NCBI GenBank assembly: GCA_951406725.2
Contig: OX597820.1
Coordinates: forward strand, 105,338,001 to 105,402,000
Origin: Octopus vulgaris
Lineage: Eukaryota
Direction of reading: 5' to 3'
DNA: 64,000 nucleotides
The position numbers and the translations under genes are program-made. The notes beneath the pieces were generated by a model. That model worked only from the letters and a program-made list of their open reading frames with translations, was not told the origin of the DNA and ran no database searches. This document shows, piece by piece, positions 39,201 to 50,129 of this stretch; position 1 is the first letter of the stretch, and each line of letters begins with the position of its first letter.

Positions 39201-42200
39201 GGAAAGATGGTGGATAATCTTGTGGGCATTTATGAAGTCAGCTGCTAGACATTAGAACTTTTGTTTTGATGTCCAGAAAAGCAATATGTTCAAAATGTGG
39301 AAAGTGACCAACAGAGGGTTATTCTAATTTTTTTTTTAATCTGTTGGTTTAACCCTTTTGTTACTAACCCGGCCGAAAAATTTTTTGCTTCATAATACCA
39401 ACCTGGCCGTAGCCGGCCGAGAGAACCTATTGTTATTTAAATGTAAATTTGAACCCAAATCTCGGTACATTTGTTAAAACACGTGATTTCATTTATAAAT
39501 AGTTGGGTTGTAGTATTCGACATTGCTTGACCTGATATTTGAACTCAGTGAATTTTGGGAGATTTTTTTCCACATTTTTTTGGCATCGATTTTTCTTCAA
39601 CATTGAAAATGGATAGGAGTTTCATGTTATCAAGTATTGATTCCAAATTTAAAGCTTTTTCAACGGAAAATAGGGAGATATCGAGAAAAAGAATGAAATA
39701 GGTACAAAAGCACGTGGTGTACAATAATGAATAGGATATTTTTTTTATCCGAAAATGAAAGCAGCGATTCCAAAGAAACAAAGCGGCGATGGCGATAACA
39801 AAGACGATTTTACATCGGAATGAAGTAAAAAAAAACTTTAAAAATGTTTTTATTAGCAATTTTTCTGAGGAGATTGAGTTTATCTATAGTCTTTCTTAGG
39901 AAGCGAAACCATTAGACTTTATTTTTTTCATTATGCTTGTTTGGAACGATCAATGCGGAAACAAATTTACGCAGATTGTAAACAAACACAAAATGGGGGA
40001 ACAAAGTTTGGAAAATTTGTGAAGCAAATACTGGGTACTGTTGTGGATTTAGTTTTTATACAGGGAAAATAATATTAGTCAGCATTGCCTAGGGAACGAT
40101 GTGGTCTGGAATTTATCACTTCCATACCATAACCAGGGCCGTATATTATTTTTTTACCGATTTCTTTAGTTCGGTCAAACTTGCAGTGGATTCCAGTATT
40201 TCAGTTTATTCCACCTTTATGGTACACCTGTTGTGCATTAAATTCAACTGATGATCTAGTGATGTGCACAATTCTTCTTTATCAAAATTTTGTTGCATAC
40301 CCATTTGAATATTAGCTGATGATTCATTTTCTATGGTGATGTTTAAACAAAATTTTAATATTTTTACCTTTTGCTCAATTTACGTGGATTTATCTGTAAT
40401 TAAAGTCACTTTGAGGCAAAAGTTATGCAATAGAATTGATTAAGAACCCTTTCTTTAATTATGTTCCAAATATCACATTAATATGTTGATAAGTAAAAAA
40501 AATTACAGTTATTTAATGAAACAAGCCTAAATTCATGATTATTTTAGAATTTAATTGAACTCATGAGGGGTGTATTTTGGTCAGAAATATAGTAACGAAA
40601 GGGTTAACCAGTGTGTTAATTTTTGGTTGTAGACAAAATTTATAAGTTTGTGAATATATCAAAAGTAAAGTTTTCTTTCTTTTTTTTTCAACTTCATAAA
40701 TTAAATTGTTGGTCATTATAAATTGTATTTACCTTTTATTGGATTATCTGGTTTCTCAAAAATAACTCACTATTTCATGACTTAATTTCATATTTAAATT
40801 TTCAGTGGTCAAGAACTTCTTCTTACTGAGTTGATTTTCCATGGAGTTTTCACTGACCTCACTGTCCAACAGAGTTGTGCCCTCCTCAGTTGTTTTGTCT
40901 GCCAAGAAAAAGCATCAGAAACTCCCAAATTGACAGAAACACTTCGTGGACCATTAAGAATCATGCAGGTAAGTGCACTTAATTACATTAGTTTTAGTGA
41001 TTACCCAAATAAACGAGAGATTTGGTCTGCCTCACATATTGTATCTAACCCATTCTAGCATGGAAAAGTGAATATTAAAATGTTAATGATAGTGACAGCA
41101 GTGGCAATGGCAGCAGTGATAATGATGATGGAGATGCAGTTAAAAAACAGGGAGTTTATGAAGTAAAATGAAATATAGAAGCAAATGTATATCTTGAAAT
41201 TGTTTGCTGCTGTTATGGCTTTTATTTTTCCTGGCGAAACTTGGTTCAGTGCATCCAGGTAACAAAACCATTGCTATTTTACAGGAAGGATTAGCAGTGC
41301 TAATATTATCTGTCTTTATATCGTAGCCAGTAGTATAGAATGTCATTTGGAGAAGAGTAAAAGAGTGTATTTGTACATCAGCTGTCACAAATTTACTGCT
41401 GTTGCTGGTATCACTAGTCAAACACACCAAGTGTTAGTTAGCTTTTCAATTATCTTCCATATTCCCTTTGATTTCTTGACATTTTGCTTCTCACCACTAT
41501 CCTCTAAAATGACTAGACTTCTTTGTTCCAATGGAATTGGTTTATCTGTCAGCTATCTCTGCTGAGATAGTCTTAACTGAGTGAGGGTTTCTCCAAAATG
41601 TATGACATTTTTATTATGACTTGTATGTGTGACACCATGTTCTCAATGAGTCTGTAGCTTGTCTTATTCTTCATTTTGAAGCCAGTTCAGTCATGCTACT
41701 ATTGCCCAGGAGAAAGCCAAATTCTTATATTATAGCAGGACTGAATTAACTCATGAAAGGTATTTAGTTGGTGTTTTATCTTTTCTGCTCTCCATCACTA
41801 CCACCAGGCAGTCTAAAATTCTTAATCATTTACTAATAACGCAACTGTACCAAGCTCTAAGTCATCATCATCAACACTGCGTCTGCATTATTTATATCAT
41901 ATTTACTTCATCTTGTGAGCTACATGGTAATCTTGTTAGTGCTGGTGCCATGAAAAAATAACAAACACCAGGTACACTCTGTATTGTGGTGGGTGTTAGG
42001 AAGAGCTTCCAACAATAAAAACCATGTCAAAGTAGACATTGGAGCATGACTCGGTCCTCCAACAGGTTTGATCCTGTCACACTGTCTAATCCCTGCTAGC
42101 AAGGAAGGTAAACATTAAGAAATGATGATGCTAATTGTTTAGCTTAGTGGATCAAAATATGAAAACCTTTGTAAAAATCATTCACAGTTGGCATCATTGT

Positions 42201-45200
42201 TTTGCGTTTTTCCAAGTTGGTACGAGTCTTTCATCATCTGGCACTTACAACCACAGAGAAAACAACTAACCTTTGTTGTTGTGCATGTCATTTTTATTTA
42301 AACAGATAGTTTCCCTTCCTGTCATTACTCACATTACAGCATGGGCTGTGCACTGGGTGTAGTTTCATTGTACTACCAGTATTAGAAGTGTTTGACTGCA
42401 GCAGGATTAAAGAATCACACACCATTCTGTATTTACTCCGATGCTGGTGTCTTTTAGAATTGGTCTTTTTGTTTTACAGGAAACTGCCAGAAGAATTGCC
42501 CGAGTGAGCAAAGAAGCCAAGATAGAGATGGATGAAGAAACTTACGTTGATTCTTTCAAACCACATATGATGGATGTTGTGAATGCTTGGTGCAATGGTG
42601 CTGAGTTTGCTCAAATTTGTAAAATGACTGATATATTTGAAGGTATAACATAATAGCTTTTCATGAGGTTTTCTGTTTTCCTTGATTTATCCCAGTTTGA
42701 AAATGCAAAAATTGTTAAAAACAAAATTATTACTCTTATTAACTAAAAAAACAGATTGACCTTTTATGGCTACTGATTTGGTTAACAATTACTATTAATC
42801 AATGTGAGAGTTAGTTAATCAGGACTGATAAAGGTGGTTAATCAAAGCAAATAAAGTTGTGCGTATAGGAGGGTGATGGTGGTTATTTAGCACCAGAGAG
42901 TCCTGAATGAGCAGTCTTATGATCAAAGCATTCTGGTCATGACCATCTTGTTCATTAGTACTATATTCGTTAAGCGAGCATAGTGTCATTCTTGTAGATT
43001 TGACTGCTATTTCTAACAACAGATCAAGTGATTTTCATGTAGAGACTCAGTGGACGTTTAGAATTCTTGTTGGTGGTCATTAGGATCTGTTTCTTTTTCA
43101 GTGAGCAGTTTCAGGACTTGAGCTTCCTACAGTAAGCTAATACAACTGTAATTAATTTACAACTTACCAAACTACCTACAGCAGTCTACTGTATCTCTGC
43201 TTAGTTCCTATTTACAGCTGGGACACTTACTAAATGCAAAATATATCTCTGAAGCTTCAAATAGCTTTTCAGAAGCAGTGCTTAGGTACAAATCCTTAAC
43301 TTGAAGTTGGAGAAAGATAGGTCTCCTCTATGATAGAATACAGGACATATTTCCACCAGTTAGGTAAAATTAGGCACATGGTATTCAATGAAATCTCCAA
43401 ATACACAGTAAAATAACCTACAGTGATTTTTAAAATGAAGACTTTTGACTTGATAACCCTCTGATACCATATCTACAAAGCCATTTTATTTGTATTATTT
43501 CTAACATGGTCAGCTGAGTATCTCAAAACTTCAATATGAACTGTTTTTTTGTTTTCCTTTTAATCATGATTTTTGGTTTTGTTAACTGCATTAACCTTTT
43601 AGCATTCAGATTCCTCTGTCAAATTTAATGCCTATTTATTCACGTTTTGAATTAATCATGCATTATCTCGTAGCTTTAGAATTTTGATGTAGTGTTAGCT
43701 TATTAGAATGTTATTGTAGGGCAGGTATGAGAGGCTAGATCTGACCAGCTTGAATACATAAAGCAGGTAGAATGTTTGGGCCCGATATACCCAATTTAAA
43801 TGCTAAAGGGTTAAGGATTGCTTTCTACCAATGGTTGTGATTGGTGTTACATCCCACTTACTGAATTAATAACATTTGGTTTAATAAAACTATTTTAACA
43901 GGAAGTGTTATAAGAATCATGCGGCGATTAGAGGAAATGTTGAGACAAATGTGTCAAGCATCAAAAGCTATTGGAAACACAGAACTTGAAAGTAAATTTT
44001 CAGAAGGTATCGTAAAATATTCTCTCTTGTATTGGTTTCGGATGTGTTGTTTGTGGCTGTTTCTGTTTGTTGACACTAATTTTCACCACATTAATATCTT
44101 AATTTGTGATTGACCTGACCTTGAGTAATTGGAGGAATCATCAGCCAGATTTATGTAGAGCAAATCTATTTATATATCATAGAAATAGTAATTGTAGCTT
44201 TTAGTTAGAGCAGAATGTCTATTATCTAATTAATGTCACTTTGTGATAGATGTTACCAGTTGGAGGTGAATAAACCCAGTTAACACCCTCCTTCAGAAAA
44301 CGACTGAAGTCATTGCAATTATAGTAAAATCAGTTACTATGGAAACAAATGTATCACAATCATCATCATCAAATTTATGGGAGTTTGTTGTTTTTTTTCT
44401 CTTTTCCTCTCCATTATTCACATAAATAGGACAGATTTGCAAAACATACAGCTGCTTTCCATGTATTTCAATTCCCACATCAACATATCTAATTCCGGTT
44501 CTCTCAGTGAATTTCTGCTTCATTCACAGTTCATCTGCTGTTTATATATTGAGAGTAATCTGCTTCCGTTGGTCCCTGTTTATAACAAAGTGAACTGAAA
44601 CATACTTTTTGTCAAAGTATTCAGCACAGAGACATTTTTAGGGGACACCTCTGCAGAAAAAAGATGGCTATATATCTGAATATAGATTTAATAATTAAAT
44701 ATATTTTTTATGGATATTAGATGTAAAAAAAACATTCCATAGGTGCTGGAGTGGCTGTGTGGTAAGTAGCTTGCTTACCAACCACATGTTTCTGGGTTCA
44801 GTCCCACTGCATGGCGCCCTGGGCAAGTGTCTTTTACTACAGCCTCAGGCCGACCAAAGCCTTGTGAGTGGATTTGGTAGATGGAAACTGAAAGAAGCCT
44901 GTCATATATGTATATGTTTGTGTGTCTGTGTTTGTCACCCCCCCACCCCCCCAATACCGCTTGACAACCAATGTTGGTGTGTTTATGCCCACATAACTTA
45001 GCGGTTCAGCAAAGTTATCGATAGAATAACTACTAGGCTTACAAAGAATAAGTCCTGGGGTCGATTTGTTCGACTAAAGGCAGTGCTACAGCATGGCTAC
45101 AGTCAAATGACTAAAACAAATAAAAGAATAAAAAGGAAATACTATGTATATCCCTAAACATATGTCAAAGTATTCTTTCTTTTCTCTCCTTTTTTTTTGT

Positions 45201-48200
45201 TTGTTTGTTTATTTTCCTGCAAAATTTGGTGATTGCCTTGTATTTCATTGAAGGTTGATAATCCTGAATCCTACAACTGCTTAATGTGTCTTTTTAATGT
45301 AAGAAGTGCCTCAAAATTGAAAATCAAAAGAATTTTCAGTCTCAATCATTTTAGTCCATTTTATAAATTCAAATAGACAATCATTTCAATGTCCAGAAAG
45401 ATCCAAAATCTAAAGCCCTTCAAGTTTCGGGCATATAGGATAAAGGAATATCACTTCATCATCATCATCATCATCGTTTAGCGTCCGTTTTCCATGCTAG
45501 CATGGGTTGGACGGTTCTACTGGGGTCTGTGAAGCCAGAAGGCTTCATCAGGCCCAGTCAAATCTGGCAGTGTTTCTACGGCTGGATGCCCTTCCTAACG
45601 CCAACCACTCCGTGAGTGTAGTGGGTGCTTTTTACGTGCCACCCGCACTGGTGCCAGACAGAGCTGGCAAATGGCCACGAACTGATGGTGCTTTTTATGT
45701 GCCACCGGCACGAGGGCCAGGCGAGGCTGGCAACGGACACGAAACGGGGCGGTGCTGGCAACGGTCGCGAAACGGAAAGTTCTCTTACATGCCACCGGCA
45801 CTGGTAACACATCTGCAATTTCCATTGATCGATTTCGATTCTGATCCTCACTTGCCTCAACGGGTCTTCACAAGCAGAGTTTTGACATGCCACCGGCACT
45901 GGTAGCACATCCGCAATTTCCATTGATCGATTTCGATTCTGATCCTCACTTGCCTCAACACGTCTTCACAAGTAGAGTTTTGTGTCCCAAGAAGGGAAGG
46001 TATGCATACGTAGGCTGGCTCCATCCCATGTAGAAGGCCACGGGTTATGGACTCACTTGTCCTGCCGGGTCTTCTCGCGCACAGCACACTTCCAGAGGTC
46101 TCGGTCTCTAGTCATTTCCTCAGTGAGACCTAAAGTTCGAAGGTCGTGCTTCACCACCTCGTGCTTATAATATTCTTACAAGTTTTTTAAAAATGTAGAC
46201 CCTTTGTATATAAGAGATAAGTTAATCTTTTTATAATTCTTTTAAGAAAAATACTCCAGCTTAGGCAGAACCCATTTTATTAAACCAGTGGGAAATTTAT
46301 ATTGAAACATGTCCACTCAAAATACAGGGTAGCTAATGTCCAAGGGTCAGCTGGAAAATTTCATAGGTTGATCAAGATGCTCTCATGGAATGTGACCAAA
46401 TGAGGCTTATTTTTTGCAGTTCCCCTTGCAGTTCACACACTTCTTTCGTTGGCGTTACAGTGCCTGGATCTCATTGGTGGAGAAGCTTTCATCCTGCTGG
46501 TCAAAAACATTATCAACAGGCGCATTGCTTCTTAACCACATGATTCTGGATTCAGTCCCACTGTGTGGCACATTGGGCAAGTGTCCTCCTACTATAGCCT
46601 CAGGCTGGCCAAAGCATAGTGAATGAATTTGATTGAAGGAAACTGAAAGAAGCCCATAGTATATATATTCTTCTTTATCCCCGTCTGTCTTGATAGACAA
46701 TGGGTTGCGCCAAGGGTGGGGCCTACTTTGATGATGTGCAGCGTCTGCTGTGACTGAACAGTCCAATTCTAGAGTGGCAGTCCTTGGTACAGTCACTGCA
46801 CACGAACATCGATGGGTACGTGTGGGGTGTTGCTGCAGTTGTCCTCCTCCTGTCCCGCCTGTCCAACCACAGCTGTGCTCTCCTCGTTTGTCTCCCACCA
46901 TCACTTGACAACTGGTGTGTTTACATCTCAGTAATTTTGCGGTTCGGCAAAAGAGACTGGTAGGATAAGTACTAGGCTTAAAAGAAAAAACAAATAAGTT
47001 GTGAGGTTGATTTGTTCAACTAAAACCCTTGAAAGTGGTGTCTCAGCATGGCTGAAGCAAGTAAGAGATAAAAGAACAGTAGATATGACGTCATCATCAC
47101 TAGGATACTGGATCCCTGCCAAGTGCTTTTTCATGTAGGGGAGAACAAATGACATTGTTTGAGGCAGATGCAACTGGTTTCCTCGAACGTTTCCCAACCC
47201 AGGATGAGAGTTAGTTCCATCATTTTGAGCCAGAGATAAAGAGACAATCCATGCAGTGGAAACACCTCTCCTCACCTGCTACAAAGACCATGGCCATTTC
47301 ATCCACAGGGAAGGTAATGGTCTCAATTTTGGGGGGAAGCATCTGCCTCAAACAATGTCAGATGGGGCCAAATCAGGAGAATAGGGAAATTGATCAATCA
47401 GTTCAAAGCCACAGACATGCACAGCAGTCATTGAAACTAATGACTTGTGTGCTGGAGCATTTAACTGATGAAACAAAACTCCTTTTGCCAGTTTTCCTGA
47501 GTGCTTGGTCTTGATAGCCTTTTGTACCTGCGTCAGCAAGTTGGCACAGTATTTTCCATTGGTACTGTGGCTCTTTTGAAGGTAGTCAATAAGCACTACC
47601 TTTTGCTTCCCCCCAAAATTGAGACCATTACCTTCCCTGTGGATGAAATGGCCATAGTCTTTGTAGCAGGTGAGGAGAGGTGTTTCCACTGCATGGATTG
47701 TCTCTTTATCTCTGGCTCAAAATGATGGAACTAACTCTCATCCTGGGTTGGGAAATGTTCGAGGAAACCAGTTGCATCTGCCTCAAACAATGTCAGATTT
47801 TGCTGTGATGTGACCAGCCTGGTGTGCTTTTGATCTGGTGTCAGAAGACATGATACTCACCAAGCAGAAAACCTTTATTATGCCAAGTTCATTGTGCAGA
47901 GTATTCTTAACCCCCTCACAGGATATGCTAATAGCATTGGCTATTTGATTTATAGCCAATTGCCTGTCATCCATCACCATGTGGTGAACACATTCAGTGT
48001 TTTCCCTGGTTTTGGTGGTTGTTGCAGGATGTCCAGAGCTTAGGTCATCTTTAAGAGTCTCTCTCCCTCTCCTAAATTCAGCTACCTACTTTTGCATTGT
48101 TGATAAAGCTGGAGTGTCATCCTCTAATGTAGCAACCATGTCAGTATGAATGTCATTGAAGGCTAAAGCCTCTTTCTACAAGTACTTGATCACAGCACAA

Positions 48201-48620
48201 TCTCAAATTTTGTCCATTTTCACGAGAAGCTGCTATGAGTTACTTTTGAAGACTTCTTTGTAGAGTCAGATGTCATATTACCAGGAAAGAAACAGTACAG
48301 TTATTAATAAGGGTTGAAATTAATGCATGCAAGATTTCACAGCTCTAGCACCCAGTACACTATAAAGCGGTTAGCATTAGGAAGGGCATCCAGCTGTAGA
48401 AACCATGACACATTAGAGCTCAATGTAGCCTTCCAACTTATTGGATCCTATTGAACTGTCCAATCCATTCCAGCATGGAAGACAGACGTTAAATGATGAT
48501 TATGTATGATGCTTCATACACAAATTATAACAAAACTTATTTACTTATTTATTTCTTTTTTTTCCAGGGATCAGGAAGATAAAAAGAGATATTGTATTTG
48601 CAGCCAGTTTGTACCTATAG
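12170..48620 (+). CDS. MTREX: Exosome RNA helicase MTR4 (Ski2-like DExH helicase), complete spliced CDS, 26 coding exons, 1024 aa
   Basis: join(12170-12285,14680-14778,15591-15660,17224-17399,19368-19542,20480-20570,20706-20830,23358-23456,23555-23663,24607-24738,25951-26030,26970-27080,28297-28398,29093-29218,31057-31207,32182-32354,32836-32907,34095-34214,34338-34448,36657-36749,37006-37101,37843-38006,40806-40968,42480-42642,43902-44006,48568-48620) = 3075 nt. All introns GT-AG, phases consistent. Motifs: [49 protein letters not shown], arch/[12 protein letters not shown]-terminus [13 protein letters not shown]. Confidence 0.97.
14680..14778 (+). CDS. MTREX: MTR4 coding exon 2
   Basis: ttcag| [32 protein letters not shown] |gtaagt; 99 nt, phase-compatible; poorly conserved region. 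Confidence 0.75.
15591..15660 (+). CDS. MTREX: MTR4 coding exon 3
   Basis: tttttag| [23 protein letters not shown] |gtaata. Confidence 0.9.
17224..17399 (+). CDS. MTREX: MTR4 coding exon 4 (Q motif, Walker A)
   Basis: VALPPDEE...[12 protein letters not shown]...[15 protein letters not shown]; acag| ... |gtaagt. Confidence 0.96.
17579..17939. mobile_element. Possible Tc1/pogo-type MITE
   Basis: Imperfect inverted termini tactgtatttgctcatgtataa / ttaagcacaagtaaatacaatta. Confidence 0.4.
19368..19542 (+). CDS. MTREX: MTR4 coding exon 5
   Basis: [29 protein letters not shown]...[21 protein letters not shown]. Confidence 0.97.
20480..20570 (+). CDS. MTREX: MTR4 coding exon 6 (DEIH box)
   Basis: [30 protein letters not shown]. 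Confidence 0.97.
20706..20830 (+). CDS. MTREX: MTR4 coding exon 7 (motif III SAT)
   Basis: [41 protein letters not shown]. Confidence 0.97.
22309..22543. mobile_element. TTAA-flanked (piggyBac-type) MITE, ~225 bp
   Basis: TTAAccctttagcatt ... aatgctaaattgTTAA; further copies at 31274-31502, 31499-31723, ~38262-38471, 43591-43814. Confidence 0.7.
22857..23180 (+). mobile_element. tRNA-derived SINE (V-domain-like family), decayed
   Basis: A/B-box-like head, gtgtccttgagcaa, cagtccactcagctgg; related head to 59182-59520. Confidence 0.55.
23358..23456 (+). CDS. MTREX: MTR4 coding exon 8
   Basis: [33 protein letters not shown]. Confidence 0.97.
23555..23663 (+). CDS. MTREX: MTR4 coding exon 9
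   Basis: [36 protein letters not shown]. Confidence 0.93.
24607..24738 (+). CDS. MTREX: MTR4 coding exon 10
   Basis: [43 protein letters not shown]. Confidence 0.95.
25951..26030 (+). CDS. MTREX: MTR4 coding exon 11
   Basis: [26 protein letters not shown]. Confidence 0.94.
26970..27080 (+). CDS. MTREX: MTR4 coding exon 12
   Basis: [37 protein letters not shown]. Confidence 0.97.
28297..28398 (+). CDS. MTREX: MTR4 coding exon 13 (motif V)
   Basis: [34 protein letters not shown]. Confidence 0.97.
28704..28906. mobile_element. TTAA-flanked MITE, second subfamily
   Basis: TTAAcccttttgttact ... ggtatcaaaagggTTAA; termini match the larger element at 39349-40607. Confidence 0.7.
29093..29218 (+). 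CDS. MTREX: MTR4 coding exon 14 (motif VI)
   Basis: [42 protein letters not shown]. Confidence 0.97.
29800..29965 (-). mobile_element. RTE LINE reverse transcriptase fragment
   Basis: - strand encodes ..[40 protein letters not shown]. Confidence 0.8.
31057..31207 (+). CDS. MTREX: MTR4 coding exon 15
   Basis: [50 protein letters not shown]. Confidence 0.97.
31274..31723. mobile_element. Two TTAA-MITEs in inverted orientation sharing a central TTAA
   Basis: TTAA at 31274, 31499 and 31720; second copy is a diverged reverse complement of the first. Confidence 0.8.
32182..32354 (+). CDS. MTREX: MTR4 coding exon 16 (arch)
   Basis: [29 protein letters not shown]...FLQPGRLIK. Confidence 0.95.
32836..32907 (+). 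CDS. MTREX: MTR4 coding exon 17 (KOW)
   Basis: [24 protein letters not shown]. Confidence 0.94.
33213..33695 (+). mobile_element. 3' fragment of a HERO/R2-superclade LINE (restriction-like endonuclease), 3' UTR and poly(A)
   Basis: [59 protein letters not shown] resembles the ELTVPWE...K..KY..L...GW...EVG.RG endonuclease motif; A10 at 33686-33695. Confidence 0.7.
34095..34214 (+). CDS. MTREX: MTR4 coding exon 18
   Basis: [19 protein letters not shown]...[13 protein letters not shown]. Confidence 0.92.
34338..34448 (+). CDS. MTREX: MTR4 coding exon 19
   Basis: [37 protein letters not shown]. Confidence 0.96.
35010..35840 (-). mobile_element. RTE-clade LINE fragment: RT domains with an inserted PHD-like finger
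   Basis: [18 protein letters not shown]...[19 protein letters not shown]...[23 protein letters not shown]...CSRC...[10 protein letters not shown]. Confidence 0.85.
36657..36749 (+). CDS. MTREX: MTR4 coding exon 20
   Basis: [31 protein letters not shown]. Confidence 0.95.
37006..37101 (+). CDS. MTREX: MTR4 coding exon 21
   Basis: [32 protein letters not shown]. Confidence 0.96.
37843..38006 (+). CDS. MTREX: MTR4 coding exon 22
   Basis: [54 protein letters not shown]. Confidence 0.95.
38990..39290 (-). mobile_element. Decayed CR1-type LINE 3' end
   Basis: - strand resembles GHAYKI...[21 protein letters not shown], matching the CR1 RGH.YK...FF..RVV..WN.LP..VV tail. Confidence 0.45.
39349..40607 (+). 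mobile_element. Internally deleted piggyBac-type DNA transposon
   Basis: TTAAcccttttgttact ... agtaacgaaagggTTAA; ~40089-40186 encodes [22 protein letters not shown].(D)RFFSSVKLA, similar to the piggyBac DNFFTS catalytic region. Confidence 0.75.
40806..40968 (+). CDS. MTREX: MTR4 coding exon 23
   Basis: [35 protein letters not shown]...GPLRIMQ. Confidence 0.96.
42480..42642 (+). CDS. MTREX: MTR4 coding exon 24
   Basis: [54 protein letters not shown]. Confidence 0.97.
43591..43814. mobile_element. TTAA-flanked MITE
   Basis: TTAAccttttagcattc ... aatgctaaagggTTAA. Confidence 0.75.
43902..44006 (+). CDS. MTREX: MTR4 coding exon 25
   Basis: [34 protein letters not shown]. Confidence 0.97.
44742..45135 (+). 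mobile_element. tRNA-derived CORE-type SINE, near full length
   Basis: A box tggctgtgtgg, B box gggttcagtcc, CORE-like ccctgggcaagtgtc, tail taaaagaataaaa; many partial copies elsewhere. Confidence 0.8.
45455..46165 (-). mobile_element. 5'-truncated RTE LINE: ORF end, repeat-containing 3' UTR and (GAT)n tail
   Basis: - strand [35 protein letters not shown]; 98-bp tandem duplication 45787-45982; terminal module ggttggcgttaggaagggcatccag; (cat)n on + strand at 45458-45475. Confidence 0.8.
46520..47079 (+). mobile_element. CORE-type SINE inserted in the mariner
   Basis: ttcagtcccactgtgtggcacattgggcaagtgtc ... gcaagtaagagataaaag; AACAG at both borders. Confidence 0.7.
46665..46880 (-). mobile_element. 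RTE LINE extreme 3' fragment inserted in the SINE
   Basis: - strand [23 protein letters not shown] (RTE C-terminal zinc finger), then a short 3' UTR with hairpin tgtctatcaagaca. Confidence 0.75.
48568..48620 (+). CDS. MTREX: MTR4 coding exon 26 (last)
   Basis: tttccag| [16 protein letters not shown] (TAG 48618-48620). Confidence 0.96.
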
Positions 48621-48807
48621 TATGTTTCCTTTCCTGTCACATCTAAACTGGAATGATTTTATATTCATTGTAAATAACATTTATGATATGGAAATTTTTA
48701 TTGTTACATTAAATCACACTTTCCACCATTATTGTGTTTTCTTTTGTATTGTAAACATTTACAATTTGAATATCTATGTGTCTTTTTTATTTTGTCTTGT
48801 ACCTTAC

Positions 48808-48813
48808 AATAAA
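48808..48813 (+). terminator. Candidate polyadenylation signal AATAAA of MTR4
   Basis: First AATAAA ~190 nt after the stop codon; runs into a genomic A tract. Confidence 0.5.
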
Positions 48814-50129
48814 AAAAAAAAGATTATCTCTGCCAAGGTCAAGTTTAGCTTCAGTTCTTTCAAGATTGACAAGGTAACTACCATTCATGTCTTGACTGTG
48901 GGTTTCCCCAAAATGTATGGCCTTTTTTAATGACTTGTAGTGTGTATGACACCATGTTCTTGATGAGTTTATGGCTCATCTTATCATTCCTTTTGGAGCC
49001 AGGTCACTTACAATGTGGCTTTCTTGCCTAAAAGCCACATTTTTTACCTCACTCTCCCTTATAGATGGAATGAAATAACTCATGGAAAGTTGGTGTTTTA
49101 TCTTTTCTGCTCTCCATCACCACTGCCACCAGTCTAAAATTCTCAATCATTTACTGTCTAATAACATAATCGTAAATTATTCATTAACCAAACCTAAGCT
49201 CTAAGTCATTATCATCAACACTACATCTGCCATCTTGTTTATTACTCTGGTTATATGTCTCCCACTTTTGCATTATTTATATCATATTTACTTCGTTTAC
49301 ACCTAACCTGTTAGGAGTGAGTTTGCATTTATTGGCTGCCAATTATCTCTAATTTTGTCAGTTGCTCTCACTAAAAGTATGAAAGACCTTTTCCATTCAG
49401 TTTGGTAGATGATGGTGGTGATAGTTGTGTTATGAAAGATGAGGAAGGACCATTGCATTTTTGTATTTAATAAAAAACATTGATGCCTTTAGTACAGAAT
49501 TTTTTACAAAATCACCATTAGTAATGTCATTAGGCTTATTCTCTTATATGCTTATTATATTTATAAATAGGACATCAAACTGCAAATTGAAGGGTTAGTG
49601 GAGCATTTCCTCTCAACTAAGATTGTGATATATCCTTGATTAAGAAACTTCAATCTCCTTAGATTTGAACACAGAACAAATCATTGCCTGTTTGTTCATT
49701 TTTAAATCCATTTTTCCATGTTAGAATAGGTTAGATGAACATGTTATTGTAGTATTGTTATACAGTACGATGCTCTTCCTGTAGCTAATCCTTACCTGTT
49801 TTGCATTAAGGAATCTTTTATTTCTCAAATCTTTGAAGGCGTGAAGTGAGCAGGTGATCTGTTTATAGAAGAATTGACAGCAGCATCACTGTTCATACAT
49901 TGTGACTTTTATAGAAGCAAGCACACAGTACATGCGTGAGCATGCATACACAGATACATAAGTAAATTTGCCACTTAGTATATCTACTTCAAAGGTTTAT
50001 ATACATTATACCTTGTTACTGTGTGGATTGGGTTCCCTGCTGACAGGCCTACTGGCTCGAGCTGCTAGATTAGCTGCTTTTTCTCTGAGAATGGTCAAGT
50101 GATGTAGACAACTTTGATGAGACCTCAGT

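Larger units (their letters stand above)
46340..48350 (-). mobile_element. Decayed mariner transposon, interrupted by a SINE and an inverted duplication
   Basis: - strand fragments: [72 protein letters not shown]; TIR-like end at ~46340. Confidence 0.85.

Noticed and set aside
44742-44815. tRNA genes suggested by A/B boxes in several places
   Set aside because: All are heads of tRNA-derived SINEs and do not form a full cloverleaf.
45420-45462. Minus-strand TGATGA...CGAAAC hammerhead-like spacing
   Set aside because: The TGATGA is contributed by the (GAT)n tail of the adjacent LINE, stem II pairs poorly, and no GUH follows.
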